Below are positions 40,864 through 50,030 of a stretch of DNA of 64,000 bases, one piece after another. The stretch covers positions 383 to 64,382 of the forward strand of contig JAIPGP010000002.1 in NCBI GenBank assembly GCA_021735645.1. Reading direction: 5' to 3'. The notes under the pieces are model-generated. The model saw only the letters and a list, made by a program, of their open reading frames with translations, was not told the DNA's origin and did not search any database. Numbering within the stretch: the stretch's first letter is position 1; each line of letters starts with the position of its first letter. Position numbers and translations under genes: made by a program. The DNA is from Candidatus Cloacimonadota bacterium (GTDB taxonomy: Bacteria; Cloacimonadota; Cloacimonadia; Cloacimonadales; TCS61).

Positions 40864-42681
40864 ATGAATTTAGGAAGATATCGAACAGCCTTGATGCTGC
40901 TTAGTCTCATCATTTCTCTATCATTTAGTCTTTTAACTGCTGATATTGGTGAAATTATCTGGGAAGAGAATTTTGATGATCTGGATAACTGGCTGATCGA
41001 AACCGGCAACGGCTCCTGGGGCTGGGGTAATGGCGAACTGCAATATTATCAGGAAGATAATGTTGAAATTGCTGAAATCCCTGGTGATCCCGGTAATAAT
41101 GCCCTGCATATCACAGCCCGGCAGGAATCAGGTCCTGGTATCGTGGATCAATGGGGTAATCCGCTTAATTATACTTCCGGAAAAGTTACAACCAGGTCTT
41201 TTTTATCCCTTAAATATGGAATGATTGAAACCAGAGTGAGTATCCCTGATCTGGATGTTGGCGGCTGGCCAGCGATCTGGATGCAGGGAACAGCAAATTA
41301 TGCCTGGCCCCGTAATGGTGAGATTGATCTGATGGAAATGGGTCATCATCACGAATTTAGAGACCTGCATGATACCCATAATGGTGGAAATGGACAGAAT
41401 AATTCAAGTGCCAATCAGATGGTATGTGCAAATGCTCTCTATTATTCTGATGATGCTGTTACACCGGAAAATCCCTCTGGAGCAGCAAGTCTCTCCTGGG
41501 ATCCTGAGGATGAATTCTGCCGTCCCTATTACAATTATGATCCGTCACTTACCGGCAGATTTCTTACCTATCGTACTTACTGGGATGATGAAAGTCTCAG
41601 ATTTACCGTAATAGATGATGAGATTGAATATGATCTATATACTGAGCCTTTTGCAATAGACAGCGTTTCTGCTGAATTTCAACAGCCCTTTTATCTGATA
41701 GCAAATCTGGCTGTGGGAGGAGCACTCACTGATGCTTACAATCTGGGTGATCCAGGCAGTGGACTGCCGGTATCAATGCCATTTCCGGCTGATATGTATC
41801 TTGATTATATCAAGGTCTATCAGTGGAATGATCTGGGAGAAGTCCAGGTGGGACCACCTGATTTTGAAGGTGGGACTTATGGAATATTCACGGATGAAAC
41901 TCCTGTGGATAATGGTTTAACAGCTGGAGATGATGCCGAGATATATGTCTGGGAAGGCACACTGATTGATGGCACAATTCCTCCCTATGAAGGTGAAAAC
42001 GGGATTACCTGGCAAACCACCGGAGTAGGCTGGTTTGGGGCTGGCATTATGTCTATTCAGCCTGTGAATCTCTTTAATTTTGGGGATGGCAATCTAAAAT
42101 TCATGATCAAGATACCTGCTAATATTGCTTTCCAAATTGGCATTATTGATACCTGGGGCAATCAGTCTTACGTAGAATTTCCCGCTTATCAAACCACTTA
42201 TGGACTGGTGCGTAACGGTGAATGGGCTCAGGCAAGTATTCCGGTTGATGACCTGCGTGGAGAATTCATTGATCTGCGTATGCTCAGCTATGAATTCGTG
42301 ATCCTGGAAGTAAATGGAGCTCAGTGTGAATTTGCTCTGGATGATATATATTATGATGGCGGTCTCAACGATAATACAGAAGAGATCATCACTACAGCTC
42401 CATCAGCACTGCAGCAGAATTATCCTAATCCCTTTAATCCGGAAACCACGATCAGGTTCACTCTGGCAAATCAATCTGGCAGTAATAAGATCATTATTTA
42501 CAACTTGAAAGGACAAAAGATCTATTCTAAAGATTTGAGCAGCTATCCTGCTGGAGAAAATCAGATCATTTGGAAGGGAATTGCCAGTAATGGCAGTCCT
42601 GTAGCCTCAGGGGTTTATTTTTATCAGCTCAAAGCTAATGGAAATATCTGCGATACTAAACGGATGCTTTTGCTGAAATAA
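40864..42681 (+). CDS. Secreted GH16 laminarinase-type enzyme with accessory module and C-terminal sorting domain
   Basis: 'GWGNGELQYY', 'WPAIWM', 'WPRNGEIDLME', 'NLAVGG'; 'YGIFTDETPV...CEFALDDIYY' module; 'NYPNPFNP...KRMLLLK'. Confidence 0.9.
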   Translation: MNLGRYRTALMLLSLIISLSFSLLTADIGEIIWEENFDDLDNWLIETGNGSWGWGNGELQYYQEDNVEIAEIPGDPGNNALHITARQESGPGIVDQWGNPLNYTSGKVTTRSFLSLKYGMIETRVSIPDLDVGGWPAIWMQGTANYAWPRNGEIDLMEMGHHHEFRDLHDTHNGGNGQNNSSANQMVCANALYYSDDAVTPENPSGAASLSWDPEDEFCRPYYNYDPSLTGRFLTYRTYWDDESLRFTVIDDEIEYDLYTEPFAIDSVSAEFQQPFYLIANLAVGGALTDAYNLGDPGSGLPVSMPFPADMYLDYIKVYQWNDLGEVQVGPPDFEGGTYGIFTDETPVDNGLTAGDDAEIYVWEGTLIDGTIPPYEGENGITWQTTGVGWFGAGIMSIQPVNLFNFGDGNLKFMIKIPANIAFQIGIIDTWGNQSYVEFPAYQTTYGLVRNGEWAQASIPVDDLRGEFIDLRMLSYEFVILEVNGAQCEFALDDIYYDGGLNDNTEEIITTAPSALQQNYPNPFNPETTIRFTLANQSGSNKIIIYNLKGQKIYSKDLSSYPAGENQIIWKGIASNGSPVASGVYFYQLKANGNICDTKRMLLLK

Positions 42682-42697
42682 TTTTATAGAAAAAATA

Positions 42698-42728
42698 TAT
42701 AGGTCCTATAGGACGTATAGGACCTATA
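42698..42728. repeat. 9-bp tandem repeat, array 2
   Basis: TATAGGTCC TATAGGACG TATAGGACC TATA. Confidence 0.75.
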
Positions 42729-42754
42729 ACAAAGTGCAACGGGAGATGATTAAT

Positions 42755-44365
42755 ATGCCAAAATACATTGTGATGTGTTTGATTTTGGGTTTACTATCTG
42801 GATTTGGCATCACTACCAGTTTAGAAGCTCAGTCGCTGCTTGCCAACCCCAGCTTTGAGATTTTAGATCTGGGTGAAAATGCTTTTTCCGGCTGGAACCA
42901 GATGGGCGAAGTGGGTTCAGTTGCAGATGCCTTTCATGGCAATCTGGCAGCAAGCACTAATGGCATAAGCAATAGTGAATGGAATGTTTCTGCATTTTGG
43001 CAGCAGCTTGATTGTGAGCCCGATGAACAATGGGAAATAACTGGTGTGATTATGAATTCCAGCAATTCTCCGCTAAGCGGTGGCTGCGCTGCTATCGTCA
43101 ATGTTGAGTGGCATAATGCTAATAATGAACTTATTGATTATGAATCATTTACCGTAGCGGATGCATCTTCACAAGTTGATGAATATATCAGCTTTAATCT
43201 GCTTAGTTCTCCGGCACCTGCAGGAACGGCATACACTCATCTGCTGGCTGGAGTTCTGCAAAGTCCTGATGATCCTATTGCTCAGGTTTATTATGACCAG
43301 ATGATCTTTTACAGCACTTCTTATCCTACTATTGATGATGTGCAGTGGGATGATTTTCCAGATGGAAGGACAGTGGAATTTGCTGACCGTATCTGGTGGG
43401 TGAAGGGTTCCGGCTGGTATGGACCAGGACCCAATTATTTCAGTCATACTCCCGAATGCGTCTGGATAGATGATGCTGAGAGACTGCATATAACCATTAA
43501 AAATATCGATAATATCTGGTACAGCACAGAGGTGACCCTGGAAGACGCTCTGGGGTATGGAGATTATATATTCACTACTCTTGGAGACCTTGACCAGCTT
43601 GATATTCACACGGTTCTGGGACTATTTATCTGGCAGTATTCCACTAATTATGATGGCGGAAATATCTGGTGGAATCCCTATAATGAAATCGATGTAGAGA
43701 TCAGCCGCTGGGCAACTCCCGGCAATGATGTCGCGCAGTTCGTTGCTCAGCCCTGGGACTGGCAGGGAAACCTGATCCGCTTTGCCGCAGATTTTGAAGA
43801 AAATGAACTATCCAGCCATGCTTTCAACTGGCAGCCGGACAGAGTGGAATTTCGCAGCTGGCGTGGTGGACCGGATGATGAATCGCCCGAAAACATGATC
43901 TTTGAGTGGACTTATACGGGACCTCACATTCCCAGACCCGAACAGCCCCGCGTGCACATTAACCTCTGGCAGTTCGGAGGCTCGCCGTCTGCTGATCAGG
44001 AAGTGATAATCGATGAATTCACCTTTGTATCTTCTAACACATCAAACGAACCTGATGAATTAAGCTCAGACTATATATCAGAGCAAAATCTGCTGTTAAA
44101 TAATTATCCTAATCCCTTTAATCCCAAAACTACTATTAAATTCAATCTGGAAAGTCAGAATAATAGTAATGAGATTTCTATTTATAATCTGAGGGGACAA
44201 AAAGTTTACTCCAAAAACTTAAGCAACTATCCTGCCGGAGAAAATCAGATCGTCTGGAAGGGAATTGCCGGTAATGGCAGTCCAGTTGCCTCAGGAATAT
44301 ATTTCTATCAGTTAAAGGTTAATGGGGTTATCTCAGATACAAAACGGATGCTGCTGCTGAAATAA
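42755..44365 (+). CDS. Secreted GH16-like protein with N-terminal CBM-like domain and C-terminal sorting domain
   Basis: Signal peptide; 'LANPSFE'; 'GPGPNYFS', 'LGYGDY', 'NEIDVEISRW', 'HINLW'; CTD nearly identical to that of the preceding gene. Confidence 0.75.
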   Translation: MPKYIVMCLILGLLSGFGITTSLEAQSLLANPSFEILDLGENAFSGWNQMGEVGSVADAFHGNLAASTNGISNSEWNVSAFWQQLDCEPDEQWEITGVIMNSSNSPLSGGCAAIVNVEWHNANNELIDYESFTVADASSQVDEYISFNLLSSPAPAGTAYTHLLAGVLQSPDDPIAQVYYDQMIFYSTSYPTIDDVQWDDFPDGRTVEFADRIWWVKGSGWYGPGPNYFSHTPECVWIDDAERLHITIKNIDNIWYSTEVTLEDALGYGDYIFTTLGDLDQLDIHTVLGLFIWQYSTNYDGGNIWWNPYNEIDVEISRWATPGNDVAQFVAQPWDWQGNLIRFAADFEENELSSHAFNWQPDRVEFRSWRGGPDDESPENMIFEWTYTGPHIPRPEQPRVHINLWQFGGSPSADQEVIIDEFTFVSSNTSNEPDELSSDYISEQNLLLNNYPNPFNPKTTIKFNLESQNNSNEISIYNLRGQKVYSKNLSNYPAGENQIVWKGIAGNGSPVASGIYFYQLKVNGVISDTKRMLLLK

Positions 44366-44421
44366 TATTTTTCCAATAATTTCCAATTCAGGTAGAAAAT
44401 AAAAAGGGAATCTGAGCTATA

Positions 44422-44460
44422 TATAAGACCTATATGTCCTATAAGTCCTATATGTCTTAT
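44422..44460. repeat. 9-bp tandem repeat, array 3
   Basis: TATAAGACC TATATGTCC TATAAGTCC TATATGTCT TAT. Confidence 0.7.
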
Positions 44461-44556
44461 TAAACTATTGTATTATTAAGTGAAATTTACCTTTTTGCGG
44501 ATATTGGTTGTCAAAAATATCTGGAAGATATAATTGGTTTATGATGAGGTGGAAAA

Positions 44557-45270
44557 ATGAAAATACAGGTTCTTTATGATAATACAATTGCTGCCAGCGG
44601 TTTTTTACCGGGCTGGGGATTCAGTTGCTTGGTCGATGGCAGGGTGCTGTTTGATGCTGGTGAGCATTCTGAGATACTTTTTCATAATCTGGAAAAGTTT
44701 GGTATTGAGCTGGAGCAGATCGAAAAAGTGGTGATTTCGCATGACCACTATGATCATCGTGATGGTTTGTGGCAATTGCTGAAGCAGAGACCGGGACTCC
44801 CGGTATATGTATGCAAAGGATTCAGTGAAAGCACTAAAGCAGCAATCAGGAATCAGGGTGGAAAATTAAGAGTATATGAAGACCCTTATAAACTGGAAAG
44901 TGATATTTTTATCTTTGGAGAGTTTGCTTTTGAATATAAAGGTGTGGAAATGGCGGAGCAATGCCTGGCACTCACTACGGGAAATGGTGTAAGTGTGTTA
45001 GCTGGCTGTTCACATGCCGGTATTATCAAAATGGCCAGGCGTGTGCGTCGAATGTTAGGTGGTATTCCCCTGTATCTGATTGGTGGTGGTTTTCATTTGA
45101 AAGACGTAGAGGAGCAGAAAATCGAGGAAGTGATCAGGGAACTGCAGTCTATGGGCTGGCAGAAAGTGGCTCCCACGCATTGCAGCGGGGCGATGGCAGA
45201 GGATATCTGCAAATATTATTTTCAGGAAAACTGTCTGAGCCTGGGTGCCGGTAACGAGATAATTGTTTAA
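44557..45270 (+). CDS. MBL-fold metallo-hydrolase
   Basis: 'GWGFSCL', 'LFDAG', 'ISHDHYDHRDG', 'GCSHAG', 'GGFHL', 'PTHCSG'. Confidence 0.9.
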   Translation: MKIQVLYDNTIAASGFLPGWGFSCLVDGRVLFDAGEHSEILFHNLEKFGIELEQIEKVVISHDHYDHRDGLWQLLKQRPGLPVYVCKGFSESTKAAIRNQGGKLRVYEDPYKLESDIFIFGEFAFEYKGVEMAEQCLALTTGNGVSVLAGCSHAGIIKMARRVRRMLGGIPLYLIGGGFHLKDVEEQKIEEVIRELQSMGWQKVAPTHCSGAMAEDICKYYFQENCLSLGAGNEIIV

Positions 45271-45283
45271 GAGAGGAATTTAT

Positions 45284-46072
45284 ATGGAAATAATCTGTAA
45301 GGACATCAGAAACTGGTTTAATATGTATGTGCAGGATTTTGCTGAAGGTGCTGACCGGCATAACATTATTCTTAAGATAGAGCATTCGCAGCGGGTTGTT
45401 GCTGATATCATAGCAATCGGTAAAGCTCTGGGTCTATCTGGTGACAAATTGTATCTGGCAGAAATCATCGGAATATTGCATGACGTGGGACGTTTTGAGC
45501 AGTATAAGCGTTATGGAACCTACAGTGATGCCAAATCGTTGGATCATGCCAAGTTTGGTGTGGGGATCATTCGGGAGAAAAAGATACTGCTGGAAATGCC
45601 TGAGAGGGAACGCGAACTGGTAATAAAGGCTGTGCTATATCATAATCGACTGCGGCTGCCGGTTGATGAGCAGCCTGAAATACTCTTTTTCAGCCGACTG
45701 CTGCGTGATGCTGATAAACTGGATATTTTTAAGGTTGTAACAGATTATTATGCCGAGCGACATCTGGGTAGGAATGAGACCCTGGAACTTGATCTGCCTG
45801 AAGCAGGTGAAGTGAGTGAGATAGTTTATCAGGCAGTTGCCGGCAGAAAGGAAGTGGATTTTAAGCAGATCAGGAACTTGAATGATTTTAAGATGCTGCA
45901 GGCTGGCTGGGTATATGACCTTAATTTTGTTCCTGCTATCCGTTTTTTCAGAGAGCGGGGCTACCTTGCCAAGCTAAAAGCTGCATTACCGGCAAATGAG
46001 CGGACTGCTGAGATATTCCTGAAGATTGATGCCTATATAGACCAGAAACTGGCAGATGGAAGCCCAGCTTAA
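45284..46072 (+). CDS. HD-domain phosphohydrolase
   Basis: 'KIEHSQRV', 'LHDVGRFEQ', 'DHA', 'YHN', 'RDADKLDI'. Confidence 0.9.
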   Translation: MEIICKDIRNWFNMYVQDFAEGADRHNIILKIEHSQRVVADIIAIGKALGLSGDKLYLAEIIGILHDVGRFEQYKRYGTYSDAKSLDHAKFGVGIIREKKILLEMPERERELVIKAVLYHNRLRLPVDEQPEILFFSRLLRDADKLDIFKVVTDYYAERHLGRNETLELDLPEAGEVSEIVYQAVAGRKEVDFKQIRNLNDFKMLQAGWVYDLNFVPAIRFFRERGYLAKLKAALPANERTAEIFLKIDAYIDQKLADGSPA

Positions 46073-46814
46073 AATATTAAACAGTGGAATAGTTAAGTGC
46101 CGGAAATGTCATCTGGCGGAATCCAGGCTGCATGCTCTGCCGGGTGAAGGTGACATAAAATCGAAGTTCTTTCTGGTTGCTCTTTCTCCGGGGGAGCAGG
46201 AGGACAGAGAAGGCAGCATGTTTATCGGACCTTCCGGTCAGGTGCTGGACAGGTTACTGAAAAGTGCTAATGTAGAGCGTGATTCGCTTTATATCTCTAA
46301 TCTGATAAAATGCAATTTACCGCAAAACCGCAAACCTAAGCTGCTGGAAATAGAAGCCTGTCATCAATATCTTGATGAAGAATTAGAGCTTATCAAACCG
46401 GAATTCATTATTCCTCTGGGATTTTATGCAAGCCGCTATATTTTAGAGAAATACCGGGCAGATCCGCCTTCCGCCAAGGTAGATTTCAGACCTTTGTACG
46501 GCAAACTCATTTATGCTTATGGGCAGAAGATATTTCCCCTGCCACATCCTGCATCTCTGCTTTATAACCCGGATTATTACCCTCAGACCCAGGAGAAATA
46601 TAATAAACTGCACACCTTTATACACCCCTGCAAATGGTATAATTATTGTCCGATGAAGCGGTTTTACCAGCAGGGCAGATTAGAGAGGAAATGGATTGAA
46701 TTATATTGTCATGGCGACTGGCAAGCCTGCCGCCGTTACCAGATGGAGGAGAATCATCAATACCATCCGGATAATATGCTTGCAGATGGCAGTATAGCAG
46801 GGACACTGGCATAA
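46056..46814 (+). CDS. Family-4 uracil-DNA glycosylase-like protein with an extra C-terminal Cys-rich domain
   Basis: 'CRKCHL...R...PGEG', 'FIGPSG', 'NLIKC..P.NRKP...C', 'HPA'; tail 'CKWYNYCP...YCHGDWQACRRY...HPDNMLADG'. Confidence 0.8.
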   Translation: MEAQLKILNSGIVKCRKCHLAESRLHALPGEGDIKSKFFLVALSPGEQEDREGSMFIGPSGQVLDRLLKSANVERDSLYISNLIKCNLPQNRKPKLLEIEACHQYLDEELELIKPEFIIPLGFYASRYILEKYRADPPSAKVDFRPLYGKLIYAYGQKIFPLPHPASLLYNPDYYPQTQEKYNKLHTFIHPCKWYNYCPMKRFYQQGRLERKWIELYCHGDWQACRRYQMEENHQYHPDNMLADGSIAGTLA

Positions 46815-46848
46815 ATACAGCCAGTATCCCCGCTGTAATTAGTAAACG

Positions 46849-47706
46849 TTATTTAACCGGAATATAAATATCGAATTCTGATTCCGGTGAGTTAAATATG
46901 AAGCGATCATCATACCATTCGATTTCGGCAGAGGGGCAGAATTCATAATCAGAATCTTTCAGCCACTCAGCATAGAGATAATGATAGGTGTCATGCAGCT
47001 TATCTAAAGGACCTTTGTGAGTGGCAACAGCGTATTTCTGGGCTGGTATTTCCAGGGTTTCCATGCCTTCCGGCACTTCAGTAAAATTCTTTACTATCAT
47101 GCCGGCAATATAAGCGAATTCGGTATTCTCATCAAAATCCTTATCATCCACACTGGGGCAAATGCCTACGCAGACTCCTTCCTGAGCGATGTTTTTCACG
47201 TCCTGCCAACGGGCATTGAATTTATCCCACAATTGCGGAATAGTATTCTTCTTCTGGGTAGTGACCACTTTCAGGCCAATGACCTTGAAAGCTTCTTTTT
47301 CCACTATTTTCACTTCCATTTTGGGTGCTCCTTTTCTTTGAACTTCGTTTTTTACATCAATAGCATTAAAACAGGTGAAAGCGGATTTGGTACGCCGCAG
47401 TTTACCCGGAGTGGTCTCGAACTGCTTCTTAAATGCGCGCGTAAAAGAAGCCTGTGAGATAAACTGATAGCGGGTGGCAATCTCGCTGATCGGGCGAGTA
47501 CTAAAAACTAATTCACGGGCAGCTCTGGACAAACGTCGCCGCCGAATATAATCCTTAGGAGTTGTGCCCACCACTACCACAAACATGCGGTGGAAATGGA
47601 ACATACTAAAATTTGCCACGTCGGCAATGTCCTCCAATTCTATCCGGGTAGTTAATCTTCCCTCAATAAAACTGATTGCCTTCTCCATCAGCCGGGTATA
47701 ATCCAT
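46849..47706 (-). CDS. AraC-family regulator with GyrI-like effector domain
   Basis: 'DIADVANFSMFHFHRMF', 'SQASFTRAFKKQF.TTP'; C-terminal 'YAVATHKG', 'DIYIPV'. Confidence 0.92.
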   Translation of the reverse strand: MDYTRLMEKAISFIEGRLTTRIELEDIADVANFSMFHFHRMFVVVVGTTPKDYIRRRRLSRAARELVFSTRPISEIATRYQFISQASFTRAFKKQFETTPGKLRRTKSAFTCFNAIDVKNEVQRKGAPKMEVKIVEKEAFKVIGLKVVTTQKKNTIPQLWDKFNARWQDVKNIAQEGVCVGICPSVDDKDFDENTEFAYIAGMIVKNFTEVPEGMETLEIPAQKYAVATHKGPLDKLHDTYHYLYAEWLKDSDYEFCPSAEIEWYDDRFIFNSPESEFDIYIPVK

Positions 47707-47983
47707 TGCTTTCCCTCCGTTTTTTACATTTTCTGCTATAGCTTGAATTATTAGAAGTGGTCAATATTTTTTTTTGATTAATGGTATCTACGAGCAGCGA
47801 GAGACGATTTTCACCACAGAGAGAATGTGATTCTTTAGGTGTGATTAGTGAACAGAGAATGGAATGGAATGGAATTTAAGATTTATTAACCACCAGACCA
47901 CACGGAAAAATGTGGAGTTAACGGAGGTAAGCCTGGATGCAGATTAAACTTTCCAGTTTGATGGAAATAAAGTCTTAATCAAT

Positions 47984-48055
47984 GATGATGAGAAAATGTG
48001 AAGGCAGGAAGGCTTGAGAGTTTGAAGGAGAGAAAATGGGAAGAGGTGAGGATGC
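47984..48055 (+). repeat. Degenerate 8-bp purine-rich tandem repeat (9 units)
   Basis: GATGATGA GAAAATGT GAAGGCAG GAAGGCTT GAGAGTTT GAAGGAGA GAAAATGG GAAGAGGT GAGGATGC. Confidence 0.55.
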
Positions 48056-48187
48056 TCTTTCTTTACTCGTAGAAGCAGGGCATTGATGGCTACAATATCA
48101 GTTGAGACTGGCATAAGGATGGCTATTACATTGTAGCCCATGGCCCATATCAGGTTCTGGTTGATGAAAAGTTACAGGTCAGGCACC

Positions 48188-49087
48188 CTAGGGAGCATCT
48201 TTTTGCTGCCTGGGTACCAGCACGATGAGCACGCCAGGCAGTACCTCGACATGCACCGGCGTAGTTCCGATAATGTCTCCATCTGCCTGCACCTGCATCG
48301 GAACGCTACTGCGAATGTCCACAGTCTTGTTAACGTTAATGAAATCTGTTACGGGAGTCACGATCCAGCTCAAGAGGACTTTGATAACGTACCAGGAAGA
48401 ACGACAAATCTTCTTCATGCTTAAGATCCCGACGCCGAGATGCCCGTCATCGATGCGGATATCCGGGTCGCCTGGATAGAGCTGTTTGCCGATTATTCTA
48501 CAGTTCATGATCGTCACATTAACTGCATGATACGGTTGAGCCTTGCCATCGACTTCGATAGTGAGATGCCGGGGTTTTGATATAAGCATTTTTGCCATGG
48601 TAGAGCCGACATAGGCGATGCGCCCAAACCGCTTCTTGCTGTTGCGATTCGTCCCACCGATCACAGCTGCGTTGATGCCGACACCGGCATTAAGAAAGAA
48701 TATCCGTTTGCCAATTCTCATGCCGTCGATTTTCCGTTCGCGGTGCACGCCGGCGATGATAGCTACCGCCTCCTCCAGGCACACGGGAATTTCAAGCTCA
48801 CCTGCGAGCAGGTTTCCGGTTCCGGAGGGAATGATACAGAGTGGGATTCCGGTTCCCGCCAGCCCGTCACCGACTTCTGAGACTGTGCCGTCCCCACCTG
48901 AAGCCACGACGAGACCAAAGCCCTCGGGCAATCGCCGACGAACGATATCCGCAACGCTATCCCCTTTGCGCGTCTCATATATCTCATATTCGATATGGGC
49001 GGCTGCGAACAGGCGGTTAAGCGAATCTTGCAGCAGTTGTTGGTCGGCTTTTCCCGTCACTGGATTCGATATAACAAGTGCTTTCAT
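48188..49087 (-). CDS. Diacylglycerol/lipid kinase family protein (YegS/DAGK)
   Basis: 'NPVTG', 'SGGDGTVSEV', 'PSGTGNLLA', 'NAGVG', 'QADGD'. Confidence 0.92.
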   Translation of the reverse strand: MKALVISNPVTGKADQQLLQDSLNRLFAAAHIEYEIYETRKGDSVADIVRRRLPEGFGLVVASGGDGTVSEVGDGLAGTGIPLCIIPSGTGNLLAGELEIPVCLEEAVAIIAGVHRERKIDGMRIGKRIFFLNAGVGINAAVIGGTNRNSKKRFGRIAYVGSTMAKMLISKPRHLTIEVDGKAQPYHAVNVTIMNCRIIGKQLYPGDPDIRIDDGHLGVGILSMKKICRSSWYVIKVLLSWIVTPVTDFINVNKTVDIRSSVPMQVQADGDIIGTTPVHVEVLPGVLIVLVPRQQKDAP

Positions 49088-49851
49088 TGTATTTCCAATC
49101 TCTGGCTCAAGTGGCTGTGGCTTTGGCGTAAAGAGTCAACCGCAGTAAGGGTGATTGCCAGCCAGGCGATTCCCGCTGCGATGGACGCCAGTACGTCGCT
49201 CAAATAGTGGGCGCCCAGGTAGATGCGGCTGAAGCCAACCAGCAGCACCATGGCGATCGCAGCGAGCACAGCCCACATTCTCAACCACCAGCTTTTTAAT
49301 GCCAGAACCGCAAAAACTGCCAGCAAGCCATACAGCAGTGTGGCTGTCATGGTATGTCCACTCGGAAAGCTGTAGCCCTGAAAAGTCGAGTAGGCATAAT
49401 CTATATTTGGACGATGACGGTTGAAGGTCATTTTCAGCAGAGACATCAGTAGCACTCCGCACGGCACTGCGAGTACCAGTGCCAGCAAACCATAGCGGCA
49501 GTGCTTTCGCCACAAAATCAAGCCGGTCGCCAAGGTTGCACACACCACCCAAAGAGTAGAGGCAAAACGGGTGACGATCAGCAGAACGGCGGTAAGTCCG
49601 GGAGTGCGGTTAACGTCTATCCATTGCAGGACATTCCTATCAATAGCCGTCCACGGGGCAGCGGTCATCACGTCTTTCGCGATGCCGGCAAACAGGCATG
49701 ACGCGCTAAAGAAGATCAGGATGCCCAGCGCCATATGCTGGCTTAGATAAACCCGGGGCAATATACGCCCCAGCCTGCGATTGTGTCTGCCCAACGTGAT
49801 GACGCGGAACAAGGCGATAATCATGAACAGAAAACTTAATAAATAAAACAT
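49084..49851 (-). CDS. PAP2-family membrane phosphatase
   Basis: 'K.TFNRHRP', 'SFPSGH', 'SRIYLGAHYLSDV'. Confidence 0.92.
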   Translation of the reverse strand: MFYLLSFLFMIIALFRVITLGRHNRRLGRILPRVYLSQHMALGILIFFSASCLFAGIAKDVMTAAPWTAIDRNVLQWIDVNRTPGLTAVLLIVTRFASTLWVVCATLATGLILWRKHCRYGLLALVLAVPCGVLLMSLLKMTFNRHRPNIDYAYSTFQGYSFPSGHTMTATLLYGLLAVFAVLALKSWWLRMWAVLAAIAMVLLVGFSRIYLGAHYLSDVLASIAAGIAWLAITLTAVDSLRQSHSHLSQRLEIQ

Positions 49852-50030
49852 AGTGCTATAATCCTTTCACGATGCGAATAAGACATTATCACACGCCTGC
49901 ATCAAAATGATACTGTCAGTCGAAAAAGTAATGGTTTCCTAAAGAAAAGCAAATTTCATTTTCACAAACACTTTTTATATTTTCTTATTATCGTTGCGAA
50001 TACCTTGAAAAATGAAAGAGCAACATAAGC

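Noticed and set aside
47730-47745. TGCTATAGC upstream of araC as a fourth glucan operator
   Set aside because: It is 2 bp shorter than the TGCTATATAGCA core and lies outside the locus; probably chance.
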